Part shown: positions 51,151-62,300 of the stretch, in pieces
How the letters are laid out: every line of letters starts with the position of its first letter
Numbering within the stretch: position 1 is the stretch's first letter
From: Eledone cirrhosa
Taxonomy: Eukaryota
Reading direction: 5' to 3'
DNA: 64,000 nucleotides
Assembly: GCA_964016885.1 (NCBI GenBank)
Contig: OZ024744.1
Coordinates: 135,222,001 to 135,286,000 of the forward strand
Translations under genes and position numbers: made by a program
Notes under the pieces: model-generated
Seen by the model: only the letters and a program-made list of their open reading frames with translations
The model's database searches: none
Told to the model about the DNA's origin: nothing

Positions 51151-54100
51151 TAAGTTGGGGGTAATTTAAGTTGGAGTTAAGTTAAGTTGGGGTTAAGTTA
51201 AGTTGGGGTTAAGTTAAGTTGGGGTTAAGTTAAGTTAGGGGTAAGTTAAGTTGGGGGTAAGTTAAGTTGGGGGTAAGTTAAGTTGGGGTTAAGTTAAGTT
51301 AGGGTTAAGGTAAGTTGGGGTTGAGTTAAGTTGGGGTTAAGTTAAGTTGGGGTTATGTTAAGTTGGGGTTAAGTTAAGTTGCGGTTAAGTTAAGTTGGGG
51401 TTAAGTGAAGTTGGGGTTAAGTTAACTTGGGGTTAAGTTAAGTTGGGGTTAAGTTAAGTTGGGGTTAAGTTAAGTTGGGGTTCAGTTAGATTGTGGTTAA
51501 GTTAAGTTGGGGTTAAGTTAAGTTGGGGTTAAGTTAAGTTGGGGTTAAGTTAAGTTGGGGTTGAGTTAATTTGGGGTTAACTTAAGTTGGGGGTACTTAA
51601 GTTGGGTTTAAGTTAAGTGGGGTTAAGTTAAGTTGGGGTTAAGTTAAGTTGGGGTTAAGTTAAGTTGGGGTTAAGATAGGTTGTGGTTAAGTTAAGTTGG
51701 GGGTAAGTTAAGTTGGGGTTAATTTAAGTTGGGTCTAATTAAGTTGGGGTTAAGTTAAGTTGGGGTTAAGTTAAGTTGGGGTTGAGTTAATTTGGGGTTA
51801 ACTTAAGTTGGGGGTACTTAAGTTGGGTTTAAGTTAAGTGGGGTTAAGTTAAGTTGGGGTTAAGTTAAATTGGGGGTAAGTTAAGTTGGGGGTAAGTTAA
51901 GTTGGAGTTAATTTAAGTTGGGTCAAATTAAGTTGGGGTTAAGTTAAGTTGGGGTTAAGTTAAGTTGGGGTTAAATTAAGTTGGAGTTAAGTTAAGTTGG
52001 GGTTAAATTAAGTTTGGGTTAAGTTAAGTTTGGGTTAAGTTAAGTTGGGGTTAAGTTAAGTTGGGGGTCAGTTAAGTTGGTGGTAAGTTAAGTTGGGGGT
52101 AAGTTAAGATGGGGTTGAGTTAAGTTGGGGTTAAGTTAATTTGGGGTTAAGTTAGAGTTAAGTTGGGGTTGAGTTAAGTTGGGGTTAAGTTAAGTTGGGG
52201 TTATGTTAAGTTGGGGTTAAGTTAAGTTGGGGTTAAGATGAGTTGGGGTTCAGTTAAGTTGCGGTTAAGTCAAGTTGGGGTTAAGTTAAGTTGGGGTTAA
52301 GTTAAGTTGGGGTTAAGTTAAGTTGGCGTTAATTTAAGTTGGGGTTAAGTTAAGTTGGGGTTAAGTTAAGTTGGGGTTAAATTAAGTTGGGGTTAAGTTA
52401 AGTTGGGGTTAATTTAAGTTGGGGATAAGATAAGTTGGGGTTAAGTTAAGTTGGGGTTGAGTTAAGTTGGGGTTGAGTTAATTTGGGGTTAACTTAAGTT
52501 GGGGTTAAGTTAAGTTGGGGTTAAGTTAAATTGGGGTTAAGTTAAGTTGGGGTTAAGTTAAGTTGGGGGTAAGTTAAGTTGGGGTTAGTTAAGTTGCGGT
52601 TAAGTTAAGTTGGGGTTAAGTTAAGTTGGGGTTAAGTTAAGTTGGGGTTAAGTTAAGTTGGGGTTAATTTAAGTTGGGGTTAAGTTAAGTTGGGGTTAAT
52701 TTAAGTTGGGGTTAATTTAAGTTGGGGTTAAGTTAAGTTGGGGTTAAGTTAAGTTGGGGTTAAGTTAAGTTGGGGGTAACTTAAGTTGGGGGTGAGTTAA
52801 GTTGGGGTTAATTTAAGTTGGGGTTAAGTTGGGGTTAAGTTAAGTTAGGGTTAAGTTAAGTTGGGGTTGAGTTAAGTTGGGGTTAAGTTAAGTGGTGATT
52901 ATGTTAAGTTGGGGTTAAGTTAAGTTGGGGTTAAGTTAAATTGGGGTTAAGTTAAGTTGCGGTTATGTTAAGTTGGGGTTAAGTTAAGTTGGGGTTAAGT
53001 TAAGTTGGGGTTAAGTTAAGTTGGGGTTAAGTTAAGTCGGGGTTAAGATAAGTTGGGGTTAAGTTAAGTTGGGATTAAGTTAATTTGGGGTTAAGTTAAG
53101 TTGGGGTTAAGTTAAGTTGGGGTTAAGTTAAGTTGAGGTTAAGTTAAGTTGGGGTTAAATTAAGTTGGGGTTAAGTTAAGCTGGGGTTAAGTTAAGTTAG
53201 GGTTAATTAAATTGGGTTTCAGTTAAGTTGGGGTTAATTTAAGTTGGGGTTAAGTTAAGTTGGGGTTAAGTTAAGTTGGTTAGTTAAGTTGAGTTTAAAT
53301 TAAGTTGGGGTTAAGTTAAGTTGCGGTTAAGTTAAGTTTGGGTTAAGTTAAGTTGGGGTTAAGTTAAGTTGGGGTTAAGTTAAGTTGGGGTTAAGTTAAG
53401 TTGGGGTTAAGTTAAGTTGGTGTTAAGTTAAGTTGGGGCTAATTTAAGTTGGGGCTGAGTTAAGTTGGGGCTGAGTTAAGTTGGGGTTAAGTTAAGTTGG
53501 GGTTGAGTTAAGTTGGGGTTACGTTAAGTTGGGGTTAAGTTAAGTTGGGGTTAAGTTAAGTTGGGGTTTAGTTAAGTTGGGGTTCAGTTAAGTTGGGGTT
53601 AAGTTAAGTTTGGGTTAAGTTGGGGTTAAATTAAGTTGGGGTTAAGTTAAGTTGGGATTTAGTTAAGTTGGGGTTAAGTTAAGTCGGGGTTAATTTAAGT
53701 TGGTGTTAAGTTAAGTTGCGGGTAATTTAAGTTGGAGTTAAGTTAAGTTGGGGTTAAGTTAAGTTGGGGTTAAGTTAAGTTGGGGTTAAGTTAAGTTGGG
53801 GTTAAGTTAAGTTAGGGGTAAGTTAAGTTGGGGGTAAGTTAAGTTGGGGGTAAGTTAAGTTGGGGTTAAGTTAAGTTGGGGTTAAGTTAAGTTAGGGTTA
53901 AGGTAAGTTGGGGTTGAGTTAAGTTGGGGTTAAGTTAAGTTGGGGTTATGTTAAGTTGGGGTTAAGTTAAGTTGCGGTTAAGTTAAGTTGGGTTTAAGTG
54001 AAGTTGGGGTTAAGTTAACTTGGGGTTAAGTTAAGTTGGGGTTAAGTTAAGTTGGGGTTAAGTTAAGTTGGGGAAGTTGGGGTTAAGTTAAGTTGGGGTT

Positions 54101-54329
54101 AAGTTAAGTTGGGGTTAAGTTAAGTTGGCGTTAATTTAAGTTGGGGTTAAGTTAAGATGGGGTTAAGTTAAGTTGGGGTTAAGTTAATTTGGGGTTAAGT
54201 TAAGTTGGGGTTGAGTTAATTTGGGGTTAACTTAAGTTGGGGGTACTTAAGTTGGGTTTAAGTTAAGTGGGGTTAAGTTAAGTTGGGGTTAAGTTAAGTT
54301 GGGGTTAAGTTAGGTTGTGGTTAAGTTAA

Positions 54330-57300
54330 GTTGGGGGTAAGTTAAGATGGGGTTAAGTTAAGTTGGCGTTAAGTTAATTTGGGGTTAAGTTAGGGTTAAG
54401 TTAAGTTGGGGTTGAGTTAAGTTGGGGTTAAGTTAAGTTGGGGTTATGTTAAGTTGGGGTTAAGTTAAGTTGGGGTTAAGATGAGTTGGGGTTCAGTTAA
54501 GTTGGGGTTAAGTTAAGTTGGGGTTTATTTAAGTTGGGGTTAATTAAGTTGGGGTTAAGTTAAGTTGGGGTTAAGTTAAGTTGGGGTTAACTTAAGTTGG
54601 GGTTGAGTTAAGTTGGGGTTAAGTTAAGTTGGTGTTATATTAAGTTGGAGTTAAGTTAAGTTGGGGTTAAGTTAAGTTGGGGTTCAGTTAAGTTGCGGTT
54701 AAGTTAAGTTGGGGTTAAGTTAAGTTGGGGTTAAGTTAAGTTGGGGTTAAGTTAAGTTGGGGTTAATTTAGGTTGGGGTTAAGTTAAGTTGGTGTTAAGT
54801 TAAGTTGGGGCTAAGTTAAGTTGGGGCTGAGTTAAGTTGGGGCTGAGTTAAGCTGGGGTTAAGTTAAGTTGGGGTTGAGTTAAGTTGGGGTTAAGTTGAG
54901 TTTGGGTTAAGTTGGGGTTAAATTAAGTTGGGGTTAAGTTAAGTTGGGGTTCAGTTAAGTTGGGGTTAAGTTAAGTTGGGGTTAAGTTAAGTTGGGGTTT
55001 AGTTAAGTTGGGGTTCAGTTAAGTTGGGGTTAAGTTAAGTTTGGGTTAAGTTGGGGTTAAATTAAGTTGGGGTTAAGTTAAGTTGGGGTTTAGTTAAGTT
55101 GGGGTTAAGTTAAGTCGGGGTTAATTTAAGTTGGGGTTAAGTTAAGTTGCGGGTAATTTAAGTTGGAGTTAAGTTAAGTTGGGGTTAAGTTAAGTTGGGG
55201 TTAAGTTAAGTTGGGGTTAAGTTAAGTTGCGGTTAAGTTAAGTTGGGGTTAAGTTAAGTTGGGGTTAAGTTAGATTGTGGTTAAGTTAAGTTGGGGTTAA
55301 GTTAAGTTGGGGTTAAGTTAAGTTGGGGTTAAGTTAAGGCGGGGTTAAGTTGAGTTGGGGTTAAGTTAAGTTGGGGTTAATTTAAGTTGGGGTTGAGTTA
55401 ATTTGGGGTTAACTTAAGTTGGGGGTACTTAAGTTGGGTTTAAGTTAAGTGGGGTTAAGTTAAGTTGGGGTTAAGTTAAGTTGGGGTTAAGTTAAGTTGG
55501 GGTTAAGTTAGGTTGTGGTTAAGTTAAGTTGGGGGTAAGTTAAGTTGGGGGTAAGTTAAGTTGGGGTTAATTTAAGTTGGGTCTAATTAAGTTGGGGTTA
55601 AGTTAAGTTGGGGTTAAGTTAAGTTGGGGTTGAGTTAATTTGGGGTTAACTTAAGTTGGGGGTACTTAAGTTGGGTTTAAGTTAAGTGGGGTTAAGTGAA
55701 GTTGGGGTTAAGTTAAGTTGGGGGTAAGTTAAGTTGGGGGTAAGTTAAGTTGGGGTTAATTTAAGTTGGGTCAAATTAAGTTGGGGTTAAGTTAAGTTGG
55801 GGTTAAGTTAAGTTGGGGTTAAATTAAGTTGGGGTTAAGTTAAGTTGGGGTTAAATTAAGTTGGGGTTAAGTTGCGGTTAAGTTAAGTTGGGGTTAAGTT
55901 AAGTTGGGGGTAAGTTAAGTTGGTGGTAAGTTAAGTTGGGGGTAAGTTAAGATGGGGTTAAGTTAAGTTGGGGTTAAGTTAATTTGGGGTTAAGTTAGGG
56001 TTAAGTTAAGTTGGGGTTGAGTTAAGTTGGGGTTAAGTTAAGTTGGGGTTATGTTAAGTTGGGGTTAAGTTAAGTTGGGGTTAAGATGAGTTGGGGTTCA
56101 GTTAAGTTGCGGTTAAGTTAAGTTGGGGTTAAGTTAAGTTGGGGTTAAGTTAAGTTGGGGTTAAGTTAAGTTGGCGTTAATTTAAGTTGGGGTTAAGTTA
56201 AGTTGGGGTTAAGTTAAGTTGCGGTTAAATTAAGTTGGGGTTAAGTTAAGTTGGGGTTTATTTAAGTTGGGGTTAATTAAGTTGGGGTTAAGTTAAGTTG
56301 GGGTTAAGTTAAGTTGGGGTTAACTTAAGTTGGGGTTGAGTTAAGTTGGGGTTAAGTTAAGTTGGGGTTATATTAAGTTGGAGTTAAGTTAAGTTGGGGT
56401 TAAGTTAAGTTGGGGTTCAGTTAAGTTGCGGTTAAGTTAAGTTGGGGTTAAGTTAAGTTGGGGTTAAGTTAAGTTGGGGTTAAGTTAAGTTGGGGTTAAT
56501 TTAGGTTGGGGTTAAGTTAAGTTGGTGTTAAGTTAAGTTGGGGCTAAGTTAAGTTGGGGCTGAGTTAAGTTGGGGCTGAGTTAAGTTGGGGTTAAGTTAA
56601 GTTGGGGTTGAGTTAAGTTGGGGTTAAGTTAAGTTGGGGTTCAGTTAAGTTGGGGTTAAGTTAAGTTGGGGTTAAGTTAAGTTGGGGTTTAGTTAAGTTG
56701 GGGTTCAGTTAAGTTGGGGTTAAGTTAAGTTTGGGTTAAGTTGGGGTTAAATTAAGTTGGGGTTAAGTTAAGTTGGGGTTTAGTTAAGTTGGGGTTAAGT
56801 TAAGTCGGGGTTAATTTAAGTTGGGGTTAAGTTAAGTTGCGGGTAATTTAAGTTGGAGTTAAGTTAAGTTGGGGTTAAGTTAAGTTGGGGTTAAGTTAAG
56901 TTGGGGTTAAGTTAAGTTGCGGTTAAGTTAAGTTGGGGTTAAGTTAAGTTGGGGTTAAGTTAGATTGTGGTTAAGTTAAGTTGGGGTTAAGTTAAGTTGG
57001 GGTTAAGTTAAGTTGGGGTTAAGTTAAGGCGGGGTTAAGTTGAGTTGGGGTTAAGTTAAGTTGGGGTTAAGTTAAGTTGGGGTTGAGTTAATTTGGGGTT
57101 AACTTAAGTTGGGGGTACTTAAGTTGGGTTTAAGTTAAGTTGGGGTTAAGTTAAGTTGGGGTTAAGTTAAGTTGGGGTTAAGTTAAGTTGGGGTTAAGTT
57201 AGGTTGTGGTTAAGTTAAGTTGGGGGTAAGTTAAGTTGGGGGTAAGTTAAGTTGGGGTTAATTTAAGTTGGGTCTAATTAAGTTGGGGTTAAGTTAAGTT

Positions 57301-59340
57301 GGGGTTAAGTTAAGTTGGGGTTGAGTTAATTTGGGGTTAACTTAAGTTGGGGGTACTTAAGTTGGGTTTAAGTTAAGTGGGGTTAAGTGAAGTTGGGGTT
57401 AAGTTAAGTTGGGGGTAAGTTAAGTTGGGGGTAAGTTAAGTTGGGGTTAATTTAAGTTGGGTCAAATTAAGTTGGGGTTAAGTTAAGTTGGGGTTAAGTT
57501 AAGTTGGGGTTAAATTAAGTTGGGGTTAAGTTAAGTTGGGGTTAAATTAAGTTGGGGTTAAGTTACGGTTAAGTTAAGTTGGGGTTAAGTTAAGTTGGGG
57601 GTAAGTTAAGTTGGTGGTAAGTTAAGTTGGGGGTAAGTTAAGATGGGGTTAAGTTAAGTTGGGGTTAAGTTAATTTGGGGTTAAGTTAGGGTTAAGTTAA
57701 GTTGGGGTTGAGTTAAGTTGGGGTTAAGTTAAGTTGGGGTTATGTTAAGTTGGGGTTAAGTTAAGTTGGGGTTAAGATGAGTTGGGGTTCAGTTAAGTTG
57801 CGGTTAAGTTAAGTTGGGGTTAAGTTAAGTTGGGGTTAAGTTAAGTTGGGGTTAAGTTAAGTTGGCGTTAATTTAAGTTGGGGTTAAGTTAAGTTGGGGT
57901 TAAGTTAAGTTGCGGTTAAATTAAGTTGGGGTTAAGTTAAGTTGGGGTTTATTTAAGTTGGGGTTAATTAAGTTGGGGTTAAGTTAAGTTGGGGTTAAGT
58001 TAAGTTGGGGTTAACTTAAGTTGGGGTTGAGTTAAGTTGGGGTTATGTTAAGTTGGGGTTATATTAAGTTGGAGTTAATTAAGTTGGGGTTAAGTTAAGT
58101 TTGGGTTCAGTTAAGTTGCGGTTAAGTTAAGTTGGGGTTAAGTTAAGTTGGGGTTTAGTTAACTTGGGGTTAAGTTAAGTTGGGGTTAAGTTAGGTTGGG
58201 GTTTAGTTAAGTTGGTGTTAAGTTAAGTTGGGGCTAAGTTAAGTTGGGGCTGAGTTAAGTTGGGGCTGAGTTAAGTTGGGGTTAAGTTAAGTTGGGGTTA
58301 AGTTGGGGTTAAGTTAAGTTGGGGTTCAGTTAAGTTGGGGTTAAGTTAAGTTGGGGTTAAGTTAAGTTGGGGTTTAGTTAAGTTGGGGTTCAGTTAAGTT
58401 GGGGTTAAGTTAAGTTTGGGTTAAGTTGGGGTTAAATTAAGTTGGGGTTAAGTTAAGTTGGGGTTTAGTTAAGTTGGGGTTAAGTTAAGTCGGGGTTAAT
58501 TTAAGTTGGGGTTAAGTTAAGTTGCGGGTAATTTAAGTTGGAGTTAAGTTAAGTTGGGGTTAAGTTAAGTTGGGGTTAAGTTAAGTTGGGGTTAAGTTAA
58601 GTTGCGGTTAAGTTAAGTTGGGGTTAAGTTAAGTTGGGGTTAAGTTAGATTGTGGTTAAGTTAAGTTGGGGTTAAGTTAAGTTGGGGTTAAGTTAAGTTG
58701 GGGTTAAGTTAAGGCGGGGTTAAGTTGAGTTGGGGTTAAGTTAAGTTGGGGTTAAGTTAAGTTGGGGTTGAGTTAATTTGGGGTTAACTTAAGTTGGGGG
58801 TACTTAAGTTGGGTTTAAGTTAAGTGGGGTTAAGTTAAGTTGGGGTTAAGTTAAGTTGGGGTTAAGTTAGGTTGTGGTTAAGTTAAGTTGGGGGTAAGTT
58901 AAGTTGGGGTTAATTTAAGTTGGGTCTAATTAAGTTGGGGTTAAGTTAAGTTGGGGTTAAGTTAAGTTGGGGTTGAGTTAATTTGGGGTTAACTTAAGTT
59001 GGGGGTACTTAAGTTGGGTTTAAGTTAAGTGGGGTTAAGTGAAGTTGGGGTTAAGTTAAGTTGGGGGTAAGTTAAGTTGGGGGTAAGTTAAGTTGGGGTT
59101 AATTTAAGTTGGGTCAAATTAAGTTGGGGTTAAGTTAAGTTGGGGTTGAGTTAAGTTGGGGTTAAATTAAGTTGGGGTTAAGTTAAGTTGGGGTTAAGTT
59201 AAGTTGGGGTTAAGTTAAGTTGGGGGTAAGTTAGTTGGTGGTAAGTTAAGTTGGGGGTAAGTTAAGATGGGGTTAAGTTAAGTTGGGGTTAAGTTAATTT
59301 GGGGTTAAGTTAGGGTTAAGTTAAGTTGGGGTTGAGTTAA
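54330..59340 (+). repeat. ~1.69-kb higher-order repeat, about 3 tandem copies (third 8-kb unit)
   Basis: ttagattgtgg is at ~55270/56960/58644 (offsets ~1690 and ~1684), with the same variant order. Confidence 0.85.
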
Positions 59341-62300
59341 GTTGGGGTTAAGTTAAGTTGGGGTTATGTTAAGTTGGGGTTAAGTTAAGTTGGGGTTAAG
59401 ATGAGTTGGGGTTCAGTTAAGTTGCGGTTAAGTTAAGTTGGGGTTAAGTTAAGTTGGGGTTAAGTTAAGTTGGCGTTAATTTAAGTTGGGGTTAAGTTAA
59501 GTTGGGGTTAAGTTAAGTTGGGGTTAAATTAAGTTGGGGTTAAGTTAAGTTGGGGTTAATTTAAGTTGGGGTTAAGATAAGTTGGGGTTAATTTAAGTTG
59601 GGGTTGAGTTAAGTTGGGGTTGAGTTAATTTGGGGTTAACTTAAGTTGGGGGTACTTAATTTGGGTTTAAGTTAAGTGGGGTTAAGTTAAGTTGGGGTTA
59701 AGTTAAGTTGGGGTTAAGTTAAGTTGGGGTTAAGTTAGGTTGTGGTTAAGTTAAGTTGGGGGTAAGTTAAGTTGGGGGTAAGTTAAGTTGGGGTTAATTT
59801 AAGTTGGGTCTAATTAAGTTGGGGTTAAGTTAAGTTGGGGTTAAGTTAAGTTGGGGTTAAATTAAGTTGGGGTTAAGTTAAGTTGGGGTTAAATTAATTT
59901 GGGGTTAAGTTAAGTTGGGGTTAAGTTAAATTGGGGTTAAGTTAAGTTGGGGTTAAGTTAAGTTGGGGGTAAGTTAAGTTGGTGGTAAGTTAAGTTGGGG
60001 GTAAGTTAAGATGGGGTTAAGTTAAGTTGGGGTTAAGTTAATTTGGGGTTAAGTTAGGGTTAAGTTAAGTTGGGGTTGAGTTAAGTTGCGGTTAAGTTAA
60101 GTTGGGGTTAAGTTAAGTTGGGCTTAAGTTAACTTGGGGTTAAGTTAAGTTGGGGTTAAGTTAAGTTGGGGTTAAGTTAAGTTGGGGTTAAGTTAGATTG
60201 TGGTTAAGTTAAGTTGGGGTTAAGTTAAGTTGGGGTTAAGTTAAGTTGGGGTTAAGTTAAGGCGGGGTTAAGTTGAGTTGGGGTTAAGTTAAGTTGGGGT
60301 TAAGTTAAGTTGGGGTTGAGTTAATTTGGGGTTAACTTAAGTTGGGGGTACTTAAGTTGTGTTTAAGTTAAGTGGGGTTAATTTAAGTTGGGGTTAAGTT
60401 AAGTTGGGGTTAAGTTAAGTTGGGGGTAAATTAAGTTGGGGTTAATTTAAGTTGGGTCTAATTAAGTTGGGGTTAAGTTAAGTTGGGGTTAAGTTAAGTT
60501 GGGGTTGAGTTAATTTGGGGTTAACTTAAGTTGGGGGTACTTAAGTTGGGTTTAAGTTAAGTGAGGTTAAGTTAAGTTGGGGTTAAGTTAAGTTGGGGTT
60601 AAGTTAAGTTGGGGGTAAGTTAAGTTGGGGGTAAGTTAAGTTGGGGTTAATTTAAGTTGGGTCAAATTAAGTTGGGGTTAAGTTAAGTTGGAGTTAAGTT
60701 AAGTTGGGGTTAAATTAAGTTGGGGTTAAGTTAAGTTGGGGTTAAGTTAAGTTGGGGTTAAGTTAAGTTGGGGTTAAGTTAAGTTGGGGTTAAGTTAAGT
60801 TGGGGTTAAGTTAAGTTGGGGTTGAGTTAAGTTGGGGTTGAGTTAATTTGGGGTTAATTTAAGTTGGGGGTACTTAAGTTGTGTTTAAGTTAAGTGGGGT
60901 TAAGTTAAGTTGGGGTTAAGTTAAGTTGGGGTTAAGTTAAGTTGGGGTTAAGTTAAGTTGGGGTTAAATTAAGTTGGGGTTAAATTAAGTTGGGGTTAAG
61001 TTAAGTTGGGGGTAAGTTAAGTTGGGGGCAAGTTAAGTTGGGGTTTAGTTAAGTTGGGGTTGAATTAAGTTGGGGTTAAGTTAAGTTGGTGTTAAGTTAA
61101 GTTGGGGTTTATTTAAGTTGGGGTTAATTAAGTTGGGGTTAAGTTAAGTTGGGGTTAAGTTAAGTTGGGGTTAATTTAAGTTGGGGTTGAGTTAAGTTGG
61201 GGTTAAGTTAAGTTGGGGTTAAGTTAAGTTGGTGTTAAGTTAAGTTGGGGCTAAGTTAAGTTGGGGCTGAGTTAAGTTGGGGCTGAGTTAAGTTGGGGTT
61301 AAGTTAAGTTGGGGTTGAGTTAAGTTGGGGTTAAGTTAAGTTGGGGTTAAGTTCAGTTGGGGTTAAGTTAAGTTGGGGTTAAGTTAAGTTGGGGTTTAGT
61401 TAAGTTGGGGTTCAGTTAAGTTGGGGTTAAGTTAAGTTTGGGTTAAGTTGGGGTTAAATTAAGTTGGGGTTAAGTTAAGTTTGGGTTAAGTTGGGTCTAA
61501 TTAAGTTGGGGTTAAGTTAAGTTGGGTTTAAGTTAAGTGGGGTTAAGTGAAGTTGGGGTTAAGTTAAGTTGGGGGTAAGTTAAGTTGGGGGTAAGTTAAG
61601 TTGGGGTTAATTTAAGTTGGGTCAAATTAAGTTGGGGTTAAGTTAAGTTGGGGTTAAGTTAAGTTGGGGTTAAATTAAGTTGGGGTTAAGTTAAGTTGGG
61701 GTTAAATTAAGTTGGGGTTAAGTTACGGTTAAGTTAAGTTGGGGTTAAGTTAAGTTGGGGGTAAGTTAAGTTGGTGGTAAGTTAAGTTGGGGGTAAGTTA
61801 AGATGGGGTTAAGTTAAGTTGGGGTTAAGTTAATTTGGGGTTAAGTTAGGGTTAAGTTAAGTTGGGGTTGAGTTAAGTTGGGGTTAAGTTAAGTTGGGGT
61901 TATGTTAAGTTGGGGTTAAGTTAAGTTGGGGTTAAGATGAGTTGGGGTTCAGTTAAGTTGCGGTTAAGTTAAGTTGGGGTTAAGTTAAGTTGGGGTTAAG
62001 TTAAGTTGGGGTTAAGTTAAGTTGGCGTTAATTTAAGTTGGGGTTAAGTTAAGTTGGGGTTAAGTTAAGTTGCGGTTAAATTAAGTTGGGGTTAAGTTAA
62101 GTTGGGGTTTATTTAAGTTGGGGTTAATTAAGTTGGGGTTAAGTTAAGTTGGGGTTAAGTTAAGTTGGGGTTAACTTAAGTTGGGGTTGAGTTAAGTTGG
62201 GGTTATGTTAAGTTGGGGTTATATTAAGTTGGAGTTAATTAAGTTGGGGTTAAGTTAAGTTTGGGTTCAGTTAAGTTGCGGTTAAGTTAAGTTGGGGTTA

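Larger units (their letters stand above)
33000..59340 (+). repeat. Higher-order super-repeat of ~8.0-8.3 kb, about 3 tandem copies
   Basis: Rare variants recur with matching offsets. gtggtgattatg is at 36528/44635/52892, ggggaagttgggg at 37706/45813/54070 and gataagataag at 36060/44167/52424, all with offsets 8107 and 8257. ttagttggtgg is at 34707/43032/51044/59231 (offsets 8325, 8012, 8187). Confidence 0.9.
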
